DNA of 63,581 nt, counting the filler, from Choristocarpus tenellus KU-1152 (Eukaryota > Protista > Phaeophyceae): assembly GCA_964200185.2 (NCBI GenBank). It is 8 parts of 8 records of this genome, joined end to end, with 100 filler letters (N's around TTAATTAATTAA, not from the genome) between each part and the next. Parts side by side here need not be neighbours in the genome. Positions count along the whole stretch, not along the records: positions 1 to 12,944 come from CAXNAD020001644.1; positions 13,045 to 18,329 come from CAXNAD020011267.1; 6 more parts are not named here. The stretch is one strand, 5' to 3'. The position numbers and the translations under genes were made by a program. Of this stretch, positions 1 to 13,084 are shown piece by piece (position 1 is the first letter of the stretch; the number at the start of each line of letters is the position of its first letter). Under the pieces are notes generated by a model. That model searched no databases. It was not told the DNA's origin and saw only the letters and a program-made list of their open reading frames with translations.

Positions 1-100
1 TGGCGGGGGAGGGAGAAGGAGCGGAGAGCGGAAGACCCCCGGCTATGCCGAGGTTGGGTGACATGGGAAGGCTAATCGCAAAGGTAGTTTGTTGGCTCAC

Positions 101-2917
101 ATAGGTCACTAGATATATCCTTTCTTGGGCCAGGTAGATCAGGGCAGCAGCCCTTAGCAAGATGCAAGTTGTGCAGATTATAGTGTTGCGTGAAACGTCA
201 CTTACCCTCTTCTGCCGCATTTGGACCTGGATCGGCACATTTCTACAAGAAAAAAAGAAGAAAAAGGAAGGGGGGTGGGGGGTGGGGGGGGGGGGGAGGA
301 ACAAAATATACAGTTGAGTGACAAGCTCAAGAGGGTCGTGATAGATCATTGCACAAAAATCTAAAATGAAATCCCACCTTGTTTCAATTCACATGTCTTG
401 GGGAGGGGCGGTACACAAGCACGATGGGACAAGAGAGCTTAACACGGAATAAACTAAAGTACCGCATTTTTGAACAAAACCAGAACGTGCTTTTCTTTGC
501 TCAGAAAAAAAAGGAGAACAAGTCGTAAGCCAGTGCGGATGCGTCACAGTTCGAAATCAAGGGGGAAGTTTGATGGAAGATGGAAGATCACAAAATAAAA
601 AAGTGCAATCCTTTTCTTCCCTCCCAAGACCTGGGTTATCTATTATCCGACATGTACACGTAGAGCTTGCCAGACCAGAGACAAACCTCCACATAATGTC
701 GTCAGAGCTCATACATGGTTCGTACCTACTGAGTGATGAATCACTACAGGGTGGCTACTCAATGTGATACGTACTAGGAAAAAAATGGCAGTTACACGCC
801 AGTAACTGCTTGTTACGGCACATTTCAGTTTGTTCTTACCCATAATTTGATGAGGCAAGCTATGAAAATCATGGAGAGGGGAGGACATACAACTCTGAGG
901 ATCATGGCTGTTACTTTCAAGTGTAACACATAAATTTCTCCTGGGGTGGCCATTCTCCCCTAACCCTAACTCTAAAGAAAAAGATAGTAACAAAAATTAA
1001 GAGGTTGAAAACATTGACAAAATAGAGGTGCGAAGGCATGCAGGGAAATTGAACTTGCAATATATTTTTATGTATATATATATATTGCTCCAATTGAGTT
1101 CATCAACAACAGTGTTGCTGTTGTCCTTCCCCTTAAAACTAAACTAGAGTGATGTATGATGAGAGCTCTTGCATCTCTTGCCCAAAGGGCACAAGAGTTG
1201 GGTTTGGTGGAACTAATCACCCAAATGGATCAGCTGGCTGTACCTCAGAGTAAACTGTGTTTTTTGCCCTGGCAATACAATCCACCCTACCAAGATCTGT
1301 GTAACTACAAATGTACAGGACATGTTCTTGACAGGCCAGACCACCTCACCTGAACTCAGCTGCTGTATACACTGCAGCCACCAAGAAAAAGCCTGCAGCC
1401 AATACATACGCCGCAGCTGTCACATAAGCATAGGGATGCCCAAGGTATATATCTGAAGGTGGGTTGAGGATCCCCGGTCAGCCAACAATACTGTAGCAGG
1501 GTTCCACTTGATTAAAACCTCATGCAATACAAACTCCTAGCATCAATGAATATTGGAATAGGTCTACACCAACTTACTGAATTTCTTCAGACCTCTTGCG
1601 TGGACTATTTGTTTACCAGACTTTGCATAGAATTGCAGTTTGTTGGATCATCCACTGAACGGATAAGACAACGCTAGTGATCCTTCACCACCCAGGAAAA
1701 CCAGGTTAAGCGGCCAATGCATTCGTAACCCTCTTGTTTATGCTAGAGGCACATAATCTATACCGACTGGTTCACTACTATACTATAAATGTTCGGTACA
1801 TCATGTTAGAGGAAACGGATGTGTTGTAAGAGGGAAAAGAGGGCTCTTGACCCTTGCAAAGACCTGAACCCAACTGCTACGTAAAAACACGATAGATGCT
1901 GGGGGATATATATTACCGTTTTGCTGCCTGATTGTCCCACGTATAAAAAGGTTCACTGTCAGCAGAGTATACGCCAAAATATTGCTCCACCGCTCGGTTC
2001 GGCGCAACCATGTTCGTGGCTCGTGTAAATTATCCAGTGATAAGAAGTAGAGCTCGGCCCAGTACACCGCCAGCGCCAAGTAAAGTGTGAAGATCACTGT
2101 CGTAGGCACCTCATCCATAATGTAGAAGAATATTCTCCTGGTTTCCCCCACCCATCCGAAGAGCTCACCCGTTGACCCATTCCAGGATACCGCAACGATA
2201 AATAGCCAAACCAACCGCACTGAATCGGTTATAAAAGGGTGGAAATTGGGTAACTGAGGTGAGGGGATAGCGGATGACTTTAGAGCATCCTCGACACACG
2301 ATACAACCGAGTCGTTAAGAGACTGATGCGTAGAGACACGAATCACGGATGCCTTCCAAAGTTGAGAGAATTTTAACCGCCACCTCTCTCCACGACCACA
2401 TGAGACCCAACAGAGTGATACCTCTTCTAGTATCAAGCGTAGGAATAAAACACAAACACAAAACTGGCAATTGGTGAATCTTGTCAGACAAAAATCACAT
2501 CATCATTTCTATGTACGAGCTATGGCTCATGACTATACATAATTGAGTTATTATGAGGAAAATCAAAAGTTTTTGTCCTGTCCACGCCTGGCATAGGCTC
2601 ACACTTGAGACTTTGGTTAGCTACTATTTTATTCTTCCATATGGCTTGTGACTACACTCACTTGCACAGCTAGTAATGATGAGGAGAAGTAAAAATTTCT
2701 GCGTGGTCCATGGCTGGTATACCCTCAAGAAATTCCACCTTCCTGAACCCATACCATCGTCGACGTCATCGTCAAGAGCAAGTAGCTGCTGCCGAGGGCT
2801 TGGCCATCTCGATTCCGCCGTTACTCTGACAATCTTCACGAGATGGGTAATAGCAGCAACTCCGAGGACAGAATAGAAACCTCCAAGGATGATGCATAGT
2901 AAGTCCAGTCCAAGCAT
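101..2917 (-). CDS. THH1/TOM1/TOM3-family (tobamovirus multiplication protein 1-like) multi-pass membrane protein; exons 2917-2662, 2219-1917, 1452-1350, 242-101; 3' end lies outside the window
   Basis: All four exons join at GT-AG boundaries with matching phase. The spliced protein has WTTQKFLLLL, MDEVPTTVIFTLYLALAVYWAELYF and RNVPIQVQMRQKRVSDVSRNTIICTTCILLRA, matching the TOM1 motifs WTTQK, LPGLLFFSxYxLLVLFWAEIY and RFPIESKGRRKKLxEVGxVTxICFTCFLIR. Confidence 0.85.
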
Positions 2918-3329
2918 CTCTCTTCCAGGTCCAAAGCTTTCGGTTCTGGTGTATCTTGTACAGGCTTTCGATCGACGTCCAGAGCATGTGAATGAGGTGA
3001 GAGATCCTTAACACACCAGAAAGGAGAGATCCATCAAGCAGTCTATGCCTTCAACGGAACCTGACCTCCCCAAAATAGGACCAACCCTTGAACAGACCAT
3101 CCCACACACTAAAACTTGAGTGAATATTGGGAAGGAGTTAATTGCTTGACTTAACATTGTTTCGTAAAAAAAAACTGCAATCCTTTCACCAATCGGACAT
3201 AACTCTCTACGAAAATATATAATAATTTTGAGGTGATATCAATTGTCCATTTCAACTATATTTCACGTTGATGAATCGGAAGGATTACGCTTACCGTTGA
3301 CTTACATTTGGGACTAGATCAGTTTGACC

Positions 3330-4010
3330 TCATGTAGGTTTCCTACAACGTTCACAGTGGACATGCCAAATCCCAAATAGGTGGGGGTGCCAAGCACGGC
3401 TCACTACCGGAAGGCTGCCTGTGACCCAACTGGGCACCACTAATAGATTCCTATTCGCTAGATTGGGAGTATACAACCCATGGGGTCGTAGTTGCTCAAC
3501 CCTCAGGAAGCACCAACGGTGACGGTGAATCTTCGTTACCTGAGGTTAGTAATTCGACTCAGGAGGAAGCTCATAGAGCCCAAATCCGCGCAGGTCTAAG
3601 TGGGCACTGGGCTGGTATCTGCTCTAAAAGATAGGACAGGGTCCATAATCGAAGTTATTGGGGGTGGGGGGTAGGGAACCAGAGGTTACAAGGCCCGAAT
3701 AATTGTATTATTTATTCTTATCATACATGGTTGCATGTCTCTTGGCATGACTGAAATGTTCGACCGAATGAAGAGGGCTGGGTCGTGAACTGGCCGTCAT
3801 CCGTCCAATCTTCTCCATCCATCGTTTTGTTTATTGATTGATGTATATATTTCAGAAGGAGGTTGCCATTCGTTCCGTGCAAAAAGCTATCGAGAAGGCT
3901 GAATATTCCTTCCGTGGGATCCGATGAAGAACCGCGGAATTTTGTGATACGTGAACTCAAGGCAAAGTTTGGAGAGGACGACTACGTATTAGCGTGTGGG
4001 TACAACGCCG
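3330..4010 (+). repeat. Dispersed repeat, copy 1 (diverged inverted partner at ~9470-10170), degenerate and formerly coding
   Basis: Shares blocks with the reverse complement of 9470-10170: AGATTCCTATTCGCT, CGTTACCTxAGGxTAGTAATTCGACTCAGGAG, GAACTGGCCGTCATCC, and peptide VGSDEE...LKA..GED..VLAC..N. Ends are approximate. Confidence 0.8.
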
Positions 4011-5949
4011 TTTTTGGGTATTGTAGGTGTTGTATAGTGATTAGGCGGAAGGTTGGGACACACAAAACAGTCATACCGCGCCCATTTGTCGAGATCTGCG
4101 CGGAAGAATCTTAGGAGTAAAGCGCTAGTTTTGAGGAAAATGCTGGCCAAGTTGGAGGGTGCTGAATGTTGAAAAAGTAATTTTGTCGTTTTGCCTCATT
4201 CTTCTACCTCACACACACCAGTGTTGCCCATGGCGTTCTCGGTATCCCCTGTGCTGCGCTTGGAGTTCCTAGCATACTTTTTCGCTTCCTGTCTCGCTGT
4301 AGCTCACAGAGGTTTGCGCCTGGTATGTCCTCTCTGTTCTGTTACCTGAAGGAGTCATAAAGGTGCGCAAGTCTAGTTGAGTCATTGCTTTTGAGAGGGG
4401 TTGAACATCGTTGGCATGATAAATTTCTGACCATAGTCAGGGGGGTGATCCTTGCGTTTGAGTCTATCACTTGTTGGATTGTTGCCCTATTTTGTTGATC
4501 CTCTTGCAGATCATTCTGTGTGATTCGGATCTCTATATTATTTCTCCACATCCGTACATGTGCTGTATTCCTACCCCACCTTTTGTGAGAAAAAAATTAT
4601 CTTCCGCCATCAATTCCAGGAGGCTCCCAAATTGCTCCATGCGCTTTATCCCCTCTCTGTTCCACTTTTCAGTTATGAAATCGCTCCACTCCCTGTTCAT
4701 GAGGATGTTGTCTGTCTTTTTTGTACCACCTTCCTTTCCACCACCATATCTCCAGATGCTGTCGATGCCTGCATCCCTTGGCCATCCCTCTCCTCCCCTG
4801 ATTTTCTTTGTGCACCATGAGTGCTTTCTATGCGCAACTGGTTGTTCTTGCAGCCCATCCCCCAGTAGTGTTGCTTTTGTGCCAGGAAGGTGTGTGATTG
4901 TCCATTGTTTATGTTCATTCTTGAGCTGCCTGTCAAGTGAGTTGGGGACCTCAACCCGCAGCACTTGGTGTATCCACATCCACAACATGTACCATAGGTC
5001 AGTTACATTGACTTAGAACGTTAGGGACTACAAGAGTGGGTGATTGGAGTCCTTGGAACTGAGTGCTAATGTGGTGGTAAAGCATTATACTGCTAGCCAA
5101 TCAGTGTTAGAAGGTGGGAGAGCAAAAATATTAAATAACGCGACTCTTAAGATTTAGATGATGTACCTTTACGCTCTGCACAATGTCCTTTACCCCCTCT
5201 ACCCATGTGTGTCTCTACTGTGTGCAGATGGGAAGTGTTGACTTTTCCTATTTTTTTGCAGTGCAGTGCTTTTGTTTCCAATTGGAATGCTGAGGTCCGG
5301 CAATGGTTTGCGTTAGAGTGGTGCATTGTACAGTTGAAGGTCCACTGTCGTCTGGCACATGTCCTGTGAGAGGAAGACGATTTATTTTGTCTTTTGTAAT
5401 TTGCCCATTTTAACTGGGTCTCAGAATTTAAAGAGATTCCCAGAGAGAAGAAAATATTTATCAATGTTAGAGAGAAAAGTTATTGATCCAGTGCTTTTAT
5501 GTGTCAGTGCTGACAGTAGTAGGAGCCCATCCTCATTCATGGCAACACCTTTGGTAAATTTTTATTTCTGATTCTGAGACAAAGTAAACAAGAGGTACCC
5601 AGAGTTGCATTTTAAGACTGCCGGCAAATGTGTCCAGAAGTAAAATTTCTTTTACAAATACATGTAGGATATATTCCAAATTTGACATTTCTCTCTTTTT
5701 TGTTATGTTGACTATCCTTTCATTTGTATTTTTCCCCCTTTTTTGTACCTGTGTGTGTGTGTGTGTGTGTGTTTTACCATTCTATTTTCTCTTTCACGTT
5801 TATTGCATTTCAACATCTCTGCCTTCTGGTCTGATATAAATTCGGTATTCCTTTGTTTTCTGGTCTCTTTTTTTTTGTTATTGCCTGTCTGGCCACAGAG
5901 TTCAAGCATGTTGTATGTTACCCTTTTCTCCCTCTGACCAGAGAGGATT

Positions 5950-6910
5950 GAACCGTGCATAGAATTTTCCTTGTGATCATCAACTCAACATTTGAAATCG
6001 AATGAAGAAGCACACCCCTCAAAGAGTGGGTAGTCTCTTGAATCCGAAACGTTTAACCCATGGGTCATATTTTTCTGTGAGTTGGAAAATTGGGCAGAGG
6101 CGCAATCTACACCATGAGTTTCTACTGAAGTTTGTATGTATAGAATGCTTCCAAGCCTCTTCACCATTGTCCATGTCAAAGAAATATTGAGTAGAGTGCA
6201 AGGGCACTGGTTGGGAGGTATGAAAAGAACTTACACCTAATGCTGCTAGAAATGATTTCGTTGAGGTTGCTCTCAAGAATGCATCTGTGATAGCACAATC
6301 AAGGTTATTGCTGGTCATCTTTGTGGAGAGGGGTGTTACGAGAACTGTTTAAATTGAGATGGACTTCGTGCTACTATGGTTGGTCATGACTGTAGACCTT
6401 GTGTAGGTACAACTATCACCTATGTGTGCCCTTTCCCTTGGAGAGGTTTAGTTTGTGTGTCTCTCTTTTGAAGGCTTGCTTTGACTTTATTTAGTCAACC
6501 TCCAACTCAGTCTCCACTTGTCGGGGTCCACACTGGCAATTGATAAATGAGGACACACAGTGTCCGTGTTTCACCTCCATCCGTATTAATACATTTCTGT
6601 TGTTTTATCATAGACCAAGTCCCTTTTGAGCATGGCGGAAAACTTCATCCCATGTTGTACTTGATGGATTCAGTACGACTTTTCTTGCACTTTCCACAGG
6701 ATGTTTTTATTGGAGAAGGAGTGTATGCATTTCTGACTCTCCTTGACTACACAGTTCTCAACAGGATGCCGATTGTTGTTGATCTGACCTAGTGTTGTAG
6801 AGGTCGGTGCAGGTTTGATGGCCGTTTCCACGAGGAATGTTTGGTGGTCTATCACGCCGTTCAATCAATCACTGCCAAAAGCACATTTTTACATCATACA
6901 AGACCCCTAG
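5950..6910 (-). mobile_element. Probable degenerate Ty1/copia reverse-transcriptase remnant
   Basis: Minus-strand fragments YDVKCAF, LWKVQEKSY*IHQ and RLGSILYI...CASAQFS resemble the copia RT motifs (M/L)DVKTAF, VWKLxKSLYGLKQ and VGSLxYL...AVSQLS in the expected order. They are broken by stops and frameshifts. Confidence 0.4.
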
Positions 6911-7095
6911 ACCTGTGCAAAATATCGCTCAGGTGCTGAAAGTTCTGGTGAAGGCCGAACTTCCATCGAAAAATTCCCACGTACCAAGTAAGGATGGGTA
7001 GTTAACTAATTCAGAATTCATAAGCAAAATAAAAAAGGTCGATGACTGAAGTTGCATGTCAAAAGAGCGCATACAGGAACACAAACACTTACTTG

Positions 7096-7255
7096 AACAG
7101 CCGATTTCAAGAATTGAGGATGGGCTTGACCCAAAATTGACTGGGATAAAGTGTCGATATATACTTTTTTGTATTGTCATTAAAAAAAACATATCGACAC
7201 TTTATTCCAGTCAATTTTGGATCAAGCCCATCCTCAATTTTTGAAATCGACTGTT
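7096..7255. repeat. Long inverted repeat/hairpin: 65-bp arms (7096-7160, 7191-7255) around a 30-nt AT-rich loop
   Basis: The arms are reverse complements with 4 transition mismatches, which also explains the mirror-image ORFs 6929..7192 and 7174..7389. Confidence 0.9.
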
Positions 7256-8562
7256 ATTGGAAGTCGTTTAAGAATAATTCGTTTTTGAGAATATATTGTT
7301 ATTTCTTTTTAGACCTTGTTGGTTTTGCAACAGCTGGGTTTGCAACCTCCTATGGAAGCTCATTGTTGCCTGTTGTTGTGGTCCCATAAATTTTATGCAC
7401 TGCTAAAGCAGTTAGTTGTGTAGTTAGTTGCCTATCACCATTCTGGTCACGTTTGTCCAATGAGGTGGCTTCCCTGCTCAGAGGCACTTCCACTTCCATC
7501 CCTCTCATGATGGATGAAAAAGATCCATAGTTGAATATAGGCATGGCTTTAGATTGTGGTCCTGGTAAACTGCAAGACTGGGCAGTGCATGACATTGCAT
7601 TGCTCCCCCCCCACGAACATCTATTGTCCCTATTTAAGGACAAACCAGCACCCTCTTGCCACAGGTGGGCAGCAAACTCACTCTTGGAGGGTGTAAAAAC
7701 CTAGGTGTTTGACACATTGAGGGATAGGACTGGGGTGTACTTCCCCCCTTCCAAATGCATAGCATAGTCCATTCCTACTCCCCATCTCAGGGAAGCATGA
7801 AAGGTGCTGTGGAGAAATTTCTATTGCATGCTTAATCAAACTGCAGTCTCACATATGCAAGAGCGTCTTCTCTGAATCATGGAGTTTCCTCATTTCCTCC
7901 TTCGACTGATTCCTGCCCTGCGAACCAGTGGTACTCCTCGAGGGTTGAGCTGCAGATCCTGCAAGAATGGAAGGACCACCATGCCATGTGCCCCCTTAAC
8001 CCAATGTGGGTCCCTTTGTGCCATGCCACAAGCCCTTGTTGTGGACTCATCAGATGTAGCCAATTGGTTTCCTGCTGGATTAGCATTGAGCAGGTGGCCT
8101 GACATCAACTGCCACATTCCAGCCATGATGTTAGAAAGATCAATGCTGGTGCAATGTTGGCTCATGTGAGATGCCAATTCCTAGCCAAAAGGTTCACCAG
8201 TCAGTATACATAGCCATGTTTTGCCGGTGCACAGCCTCCTCCTTCTGTACACTCTTGGTCACAATCCCTGTATCTTATTTGTGGTGTGTCATCATCCACG
8301 TCTAGAGTAGGCTCAATTGATGGCATTTGCCAATTCACAGAGCTTCCTGGACTCCACAGCAAGTAAGAAATCTTCCTCTAGTGTGGGTGGATAATTTCCC
8401 CATCATGCTGTACCTCTTCCCTTTTTTGCACCACAAACGCTCCACACTTGTGCGATGAGTGCAACCTTAGTGTAGAGGGAGGAGGCAGGAAGACAAGGGA
8501 AGAACCACCAGGCCCCAGCGCCACAAGATGACCCTTATGCCTATCAAGTATGAAGCTCACTC

Positions 8563-8617
8563 AAGTCCCAAATCGACAAACAGGGAAAAACTCGTACCCT
8601 CTAAGATACTTTCACTC
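8563..8617 (+). mobile_element. MITE family A, 3'-terminal fragment
   Basis: CCCAAATCGACAAACAGGGAAAAACTCGTACCCTCTAAGATACTTTCACTC matches the 3' ends of the copies at 9141, 17112 and 60185. Confidence 0.75.
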
Positions 8618-9140
8618 AAACTGGCGATGTGTGGTACATCAAAGGTCCATGTACACAAGCAATCTTGTACTCAAACAAAGTCTAGGTAAGGCAAGCAGTA
8701 GGGGGACTGCAAACATTATACTTCCAAGTAGGTTTAAGTAGGTTGTATCGGATGGAGTGAACCACCACAACTCTGACACAGCTGACACTGGGGTGCAGGG
8801 TTACCTTACATGCCTGGTCATTTGGTGCTACAAATAATTATTTTTCCTCAAGTTGTGCGTGAAATTATTCACCTTTGAAGATAATATACCCTCTGTCTCT
8901 CAGGATCAGCTATCTTCTCCGTTGACTTAATTTACCATTTCACGAACTCAAAGTGACTGAGACTTAATTTACCAATGGTTCCTCTTCCCCTTTGCCGCTG
9001 CCTCTTTTGCGGCATAAAGTTACAAAATAGGTTAAACAAAGGTTGCACCAAATGAGTGTGTGAGGAAAGTATGTTCAGGTGGGAAAGACGATGGCCCCAG
9101 TGCGAATAGGAGCATTGGAAATAAGGAAATAACCACACCC

Positions 9141-9393
9141 ACAGTATCTTAGAGGGTAGGCAGTGTCCATTTGGGGACCAAAATTCAATGTTGCGGTTTT
9201 GATGCAATTTTGGCTTTTGTGTTCGTTGGGAAGTGTCGATATCCTTGTTCCAGACACACCATTTCATAACGTATACATTTTACCTACTCCGAAACATGTT
9301 GGGGTAGGAAAAAATCGTAAAAACATCCATGGGAAGTAAAGCCCCAAATGGACAAATAGGGGAAAACTCGCAACCTCTAAGATACTGTCACTC
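9141..9393 (+). mobile_element. MITE family A, near full-length copy
   Basis: Perfect 15-bp TIR ACAGTATCTTAGAGG (9141-9155) / CCTCTAAGATACTGT (9374-9388). The internal sequence is shared with 17112-17400 and 60185-60442. Confidence 0.85.
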
Positions 9394-9469
9394 TCAGTTG
9401 TTGGATAGAGAGTTGTTGGAGAACTGTCTGCAAACAGTGACGTTCATGGTCGACTGTCGTGCTTAACGT

Positions 9470-10170
9470 CCCTGTTGTTCGCACAGGCCAATACTTAGTT
9501 GTCCTCTCCCAACGCTGCCTTGAGTGCACACATCACAGCATTCCATTTTTCCTCATCTGACCCTACGGGAGGGAAACTTTGGTTTTCTCGAATGCTTTTT
9601 GCATGGAGAAGAATGTCAACCTCCAAATCAACGGCGCCAATGAACAAAACGATCTAAGCAAACCATTGAGAAACCATTGGGAGGATGACGGCCAGTTCGC
9701 GAACATCACCCTTCCTCCACATTAGCCCGAATATTTCATTCATGCCAGGAGACATGCAACCATGAATGTCTAGAATGAACAAAACAATTGTTTGGGCCTT
9801 GTCACTTGTGGTGTCCTTACCCACCTGTTGCCTCCCCAATAATACCTTCAGTTGCGGAGCCTTACGTATCTCTTAGAGCATATACCAGCACCGTGCCGAA
9901 TTGAACCTGTGTTGCGTTGGGCTCTGTGGGTCTGTCCAGAGGACCACTTCCTTTCTCCTGAGTCGAATTACTACCCTGAGGTAACGGAGCTTCACCGTTG
10001 CCATTGGCGCCTTTTGGGCGTTAAGCACTTGCAGTCCCATAGCGTGTATGCTCACACTCCAGCGAATAGGAATCTGTACCTGTGCCTGGTTGTATCACAA
10101 GTAGTTTTGGAGTTCGACACCTAAGCGGGATTTTGCATGTGTATTGGTAGCCTTGTACAAAACCCGTACT
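9470..10170 (-). repeat. Dispersed repeat, copy 2 (inverted relative to 3330-4010)
   Basis: The minus strand translates to RELAVILP...IVLFI...FPPVGSDEEKWNAVMCALKAALGEDN*VLACANN, against IPSVGSDEEPRNFVIRELKAKFGEDDYVLACGYN in copy 1. Confidence 0.8.
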
Positions 10171-11637
10171 TGTACCAGATAAAAACTAACGAACCACTTC
10201 AAATTCATGGAGGTACGAGTGGTATGTGAAGGGTAGGTGGAATCCATCTCATTTATGTAGTAGTTTGGGGACGAAACGATCATTCATATTGTTACGTATT
10301 GTATATATTGTCGTAAAGGCAAGGGTCGTCTCCAATTTGTGTTAGGATTGTGAAAGGCTTTACCAGGTGTTCGATTCAGGGGAATTTTTGGGAAACATCC
10401 CGAAACCAAAACAAGATAATATTGTCAATTTTACAGGGTTCTTGAGATACTGGTTTAAGTTTTCCTGTTACACACCTGCAAAATGTGAGAGGGCATAATA
10501 ATATGTATAGTATTAGTAATACTTTACACTGTATGATATCTGATCATATCACTTCGGGTTTTATGATGAACAATGGAGTAAGGTGGAGCATCTTCAGCGA
10601 GACAAATGTATGGAATCTCTTCAACAGACCAATCCCACACAGGTATATCCTCTTGATTTAAGTAAGATCACCCAACAAACACCATCAACATCCCTACTCT
10701 TGGTGAATTTTGTTTTCTTGGAGGTATTCTCTAGCAACCATTCTCTATCCTCATTGTTCTCTTTTGTTTTTGAATGATATTTTTTTCTTGTGTTTAGTTC
10801 TTCCCCTTTCATTCCTTTTCTTACTATTTTTTCTTCCTATCCTTTGTTTTCTTTTATGATTCTCCTTTGTCTTCTTGTTCGGACTGGAGTATATAGAGCT
10901 TTTTCAATTATAGGAGTGGGATACACAGATTCACTACCGCCTCGCTTCTTAGTACCTTTTCCCTTTATTGATCGCGATGTCAGTATATCGTATCCACCAT
11001 AATCGAAATATTGCCTAAACCGATAGGCAGTTACCGATATACTTCCTCCAAACGCGATAATAGTACTAAACAATTGTCATGTCGTAACTCTCAAACTCTC
11101 TATGGTGTACATGTGGATGATTGGATTTGAGGAGTGGATTACATCACACAACCGATATAGAAAGAAAAAACATTTACACGGTTTCACCAAAATGTTTTGG
11201 CGCTTACATTAGTTGAGGATAGGAAGAAAATCTGTTCGTGGACTGGTCGAGGTTGTGATGATTATAATTGTAGTATTTAGAAATGTGAAAATTCGCTCTG
11301 ATGATCAACCCTCTTCAAGATTTCTCCATTTCAATAGGTTGGTCGTTCCACTGTTTTTCCTTACTTCTTGAAACTTAAGGGTTAGGGAATAGAGAATGGT
11401 GACATCTTCCATCAAGATTCAATATACCAGGCCTAAGCAAATCAGGTCACAATCCCCAACCCCACCTTCAAACTTTCTCCCGGGAGAGGGGTAGTGCTCA
11501 TGCGGGAATTCAAGTAGGGTAATACGTTTCGGGTGAAATCTGGCAGAGAAAAAGGGTCTTTTGGGGGTGGTACTGATAGTCTGAAAGAGGTGGTGGTTTT
11601 TTTTTGTGGAAGGCTTGTGTAGAAGATAACCCAGGAG

Positions 11638-12540
11638 ATGGCTAGAAACGCCAACAATCTCCCTCCCGTAGCAGGGGACGCGGACTTGACATCTTGTCCC
11701 AACTGCTACCTATATTTTGACTACTCTGTAAAGGACAACAATAACCTCGTTCCTCGTCTCCTGAGTTGCGGTCATCTTGTGTGCTCCACGTGAGTTTGCA
11801 CCTCACGCCGTCTCTTCCCTAGTAATAAATTCCTGGTCTCTACTGTCGTACATCCATTGCGTCGACCTGTATCCACTAATCTCGTTGGACTTTGCGTGTA
11901 TTGAACACTATGTATTGTGAAAAATCACGAGAGAAATTCCCCACTGTTCATGTGTCGGCAAATACCAACTCTGATAACTGTATTCTCAGGTGTGTAGGGG
12001 ATCTCTTTTGCGATGGTTCCCTGTGCTGTCCCACCTGCTGTGACATACACCACTGTGGTAAGTCTGCATCATGAAGAGAATGCCGAATCGTTGCTGATGC
12101 TGTCTCGACTGGACTAGACAAGTACAAAATGCTAGGCCACACTCTCAGTAATCCAACTTTGGTGAGAACAGATTGCGATTTGTTGATGTTGCCTCACACT
12201 ATGGGGTATCAGCCTTACCTTTAATCCTCTGAGGGTGTTGGTGCTAACGCTTGTAATATCATTGCTGAACGTCAACAACATCCCCCGCACTCTCACGTCA
12301 ACCCTTTGAGTCCTATGTGTTTCTTACAATGGTTGACTCCCCTCACCTCACCTCTCTCAAACTTGCTACTCAACCTTTGTAGAGTCGCCGAATGACTTCC
12401 CAGCTGTTCCGGCCTCACCAATTCCTAGTCCACGAGGAGACCAAGTTCATGTAGGTCTCCCCCCTGTGTCGTTGGTGGAAGGGGCGGTTAATTCACCACT
12501 CCGCACCGCCAGCCTCAGTCCTGCTAGCAGTAGCCCCACG
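11638..12540 (+). CDS. RING-HC zinc-finger protein (putative E3 ligase), 5' part; exons 11638-11789, 11990-12057, 12383-12540; cut off by the spacer at 12945
   Basis: Phase-compatible GT-AG introns give MARNANNLPPVAGDADLTSCPNCYLYFDYSVKDNNNLVPRLLSCGHLVCSTCVGDLFCDGSLCCPTCC, a C3HC4 pattern with the typical PRxLxCGH, followed by a Ser/Pro-rich linker. The ORF track misses this gene. Confidence 0.85.
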
Positions 12541-12944
12541 GTGAGCTATTTTTGCAGAGTGCATTGTTTTGCTGTGGCCGGTGTTGTACCTTACAAAGAT
12601 GGCTTTATATCTAGGTAATTGCTCCTGGAAATTTCTCTCGTTGCTTCCAGAGGTGTCCTTCCAAGTTGCATGGAGAGTGGTAGTCGTCTGCTCTTGCATA
12701 CGATTTTGTGAAGGGTCATTTTGCATGTTAAGCAATATGAACGCTATGTAAGAAAGTACGCACATCATCTTCACCTTCTTACTCTTGCCAAATTCTACGC
12801 CACTAACCCAACCCCCACCTGGCACTTGCTGCTTTTTATCAAAATACTTTGCCTTGTAAGCAATCTAACTTCCAACTGCATCTCTCTTGGGGGGTGGGAA
12901 AGTTAAGGTTCTTAAGAGGGGGGGGGGGGGGGCCCTTTGTGTGG

Positions 12945-13044
12945 NNNNNNNNNNNNNNNNNNNNNNNNNNNNNNNNNNNNNNNNNNNNTTAATTAATTAA
13001 NNNNNNNNNNNNNNNNNNNNNNNNNNNNNNNNNNNNNNNNNNNN
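12945..13044. other. Artificial contig-joining spacer (also at 18330-18429, 29308-29407, 32451-32550, 35089-35188, 45135-45234, 60936-61035)
   Basis: An identical 100-nt structure of 44 N + TTAATTAATTAA + 44 N occurs seven times. The 12-mer places stop codons in all six frames. Confidence 0.97.
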
Positions 13045-13084
13045 CCCCCTCCTTTTCTGCTCTCCCACTCCCTACTCCTTACAG

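Noticed and set aside
2220-2436. N-terminal part of ORF 1801..2436 as coding
   Set aside because: It lies inside the 2661-2220 intron of the spliced TOM1-like model.
4200-5020. Possible non-LTR retroelement fragment (ORF 4533..4988)
   Set aside because: It looks like coding debris but has no diagnostic RT or endonuclease motif, so it needs a profile search.
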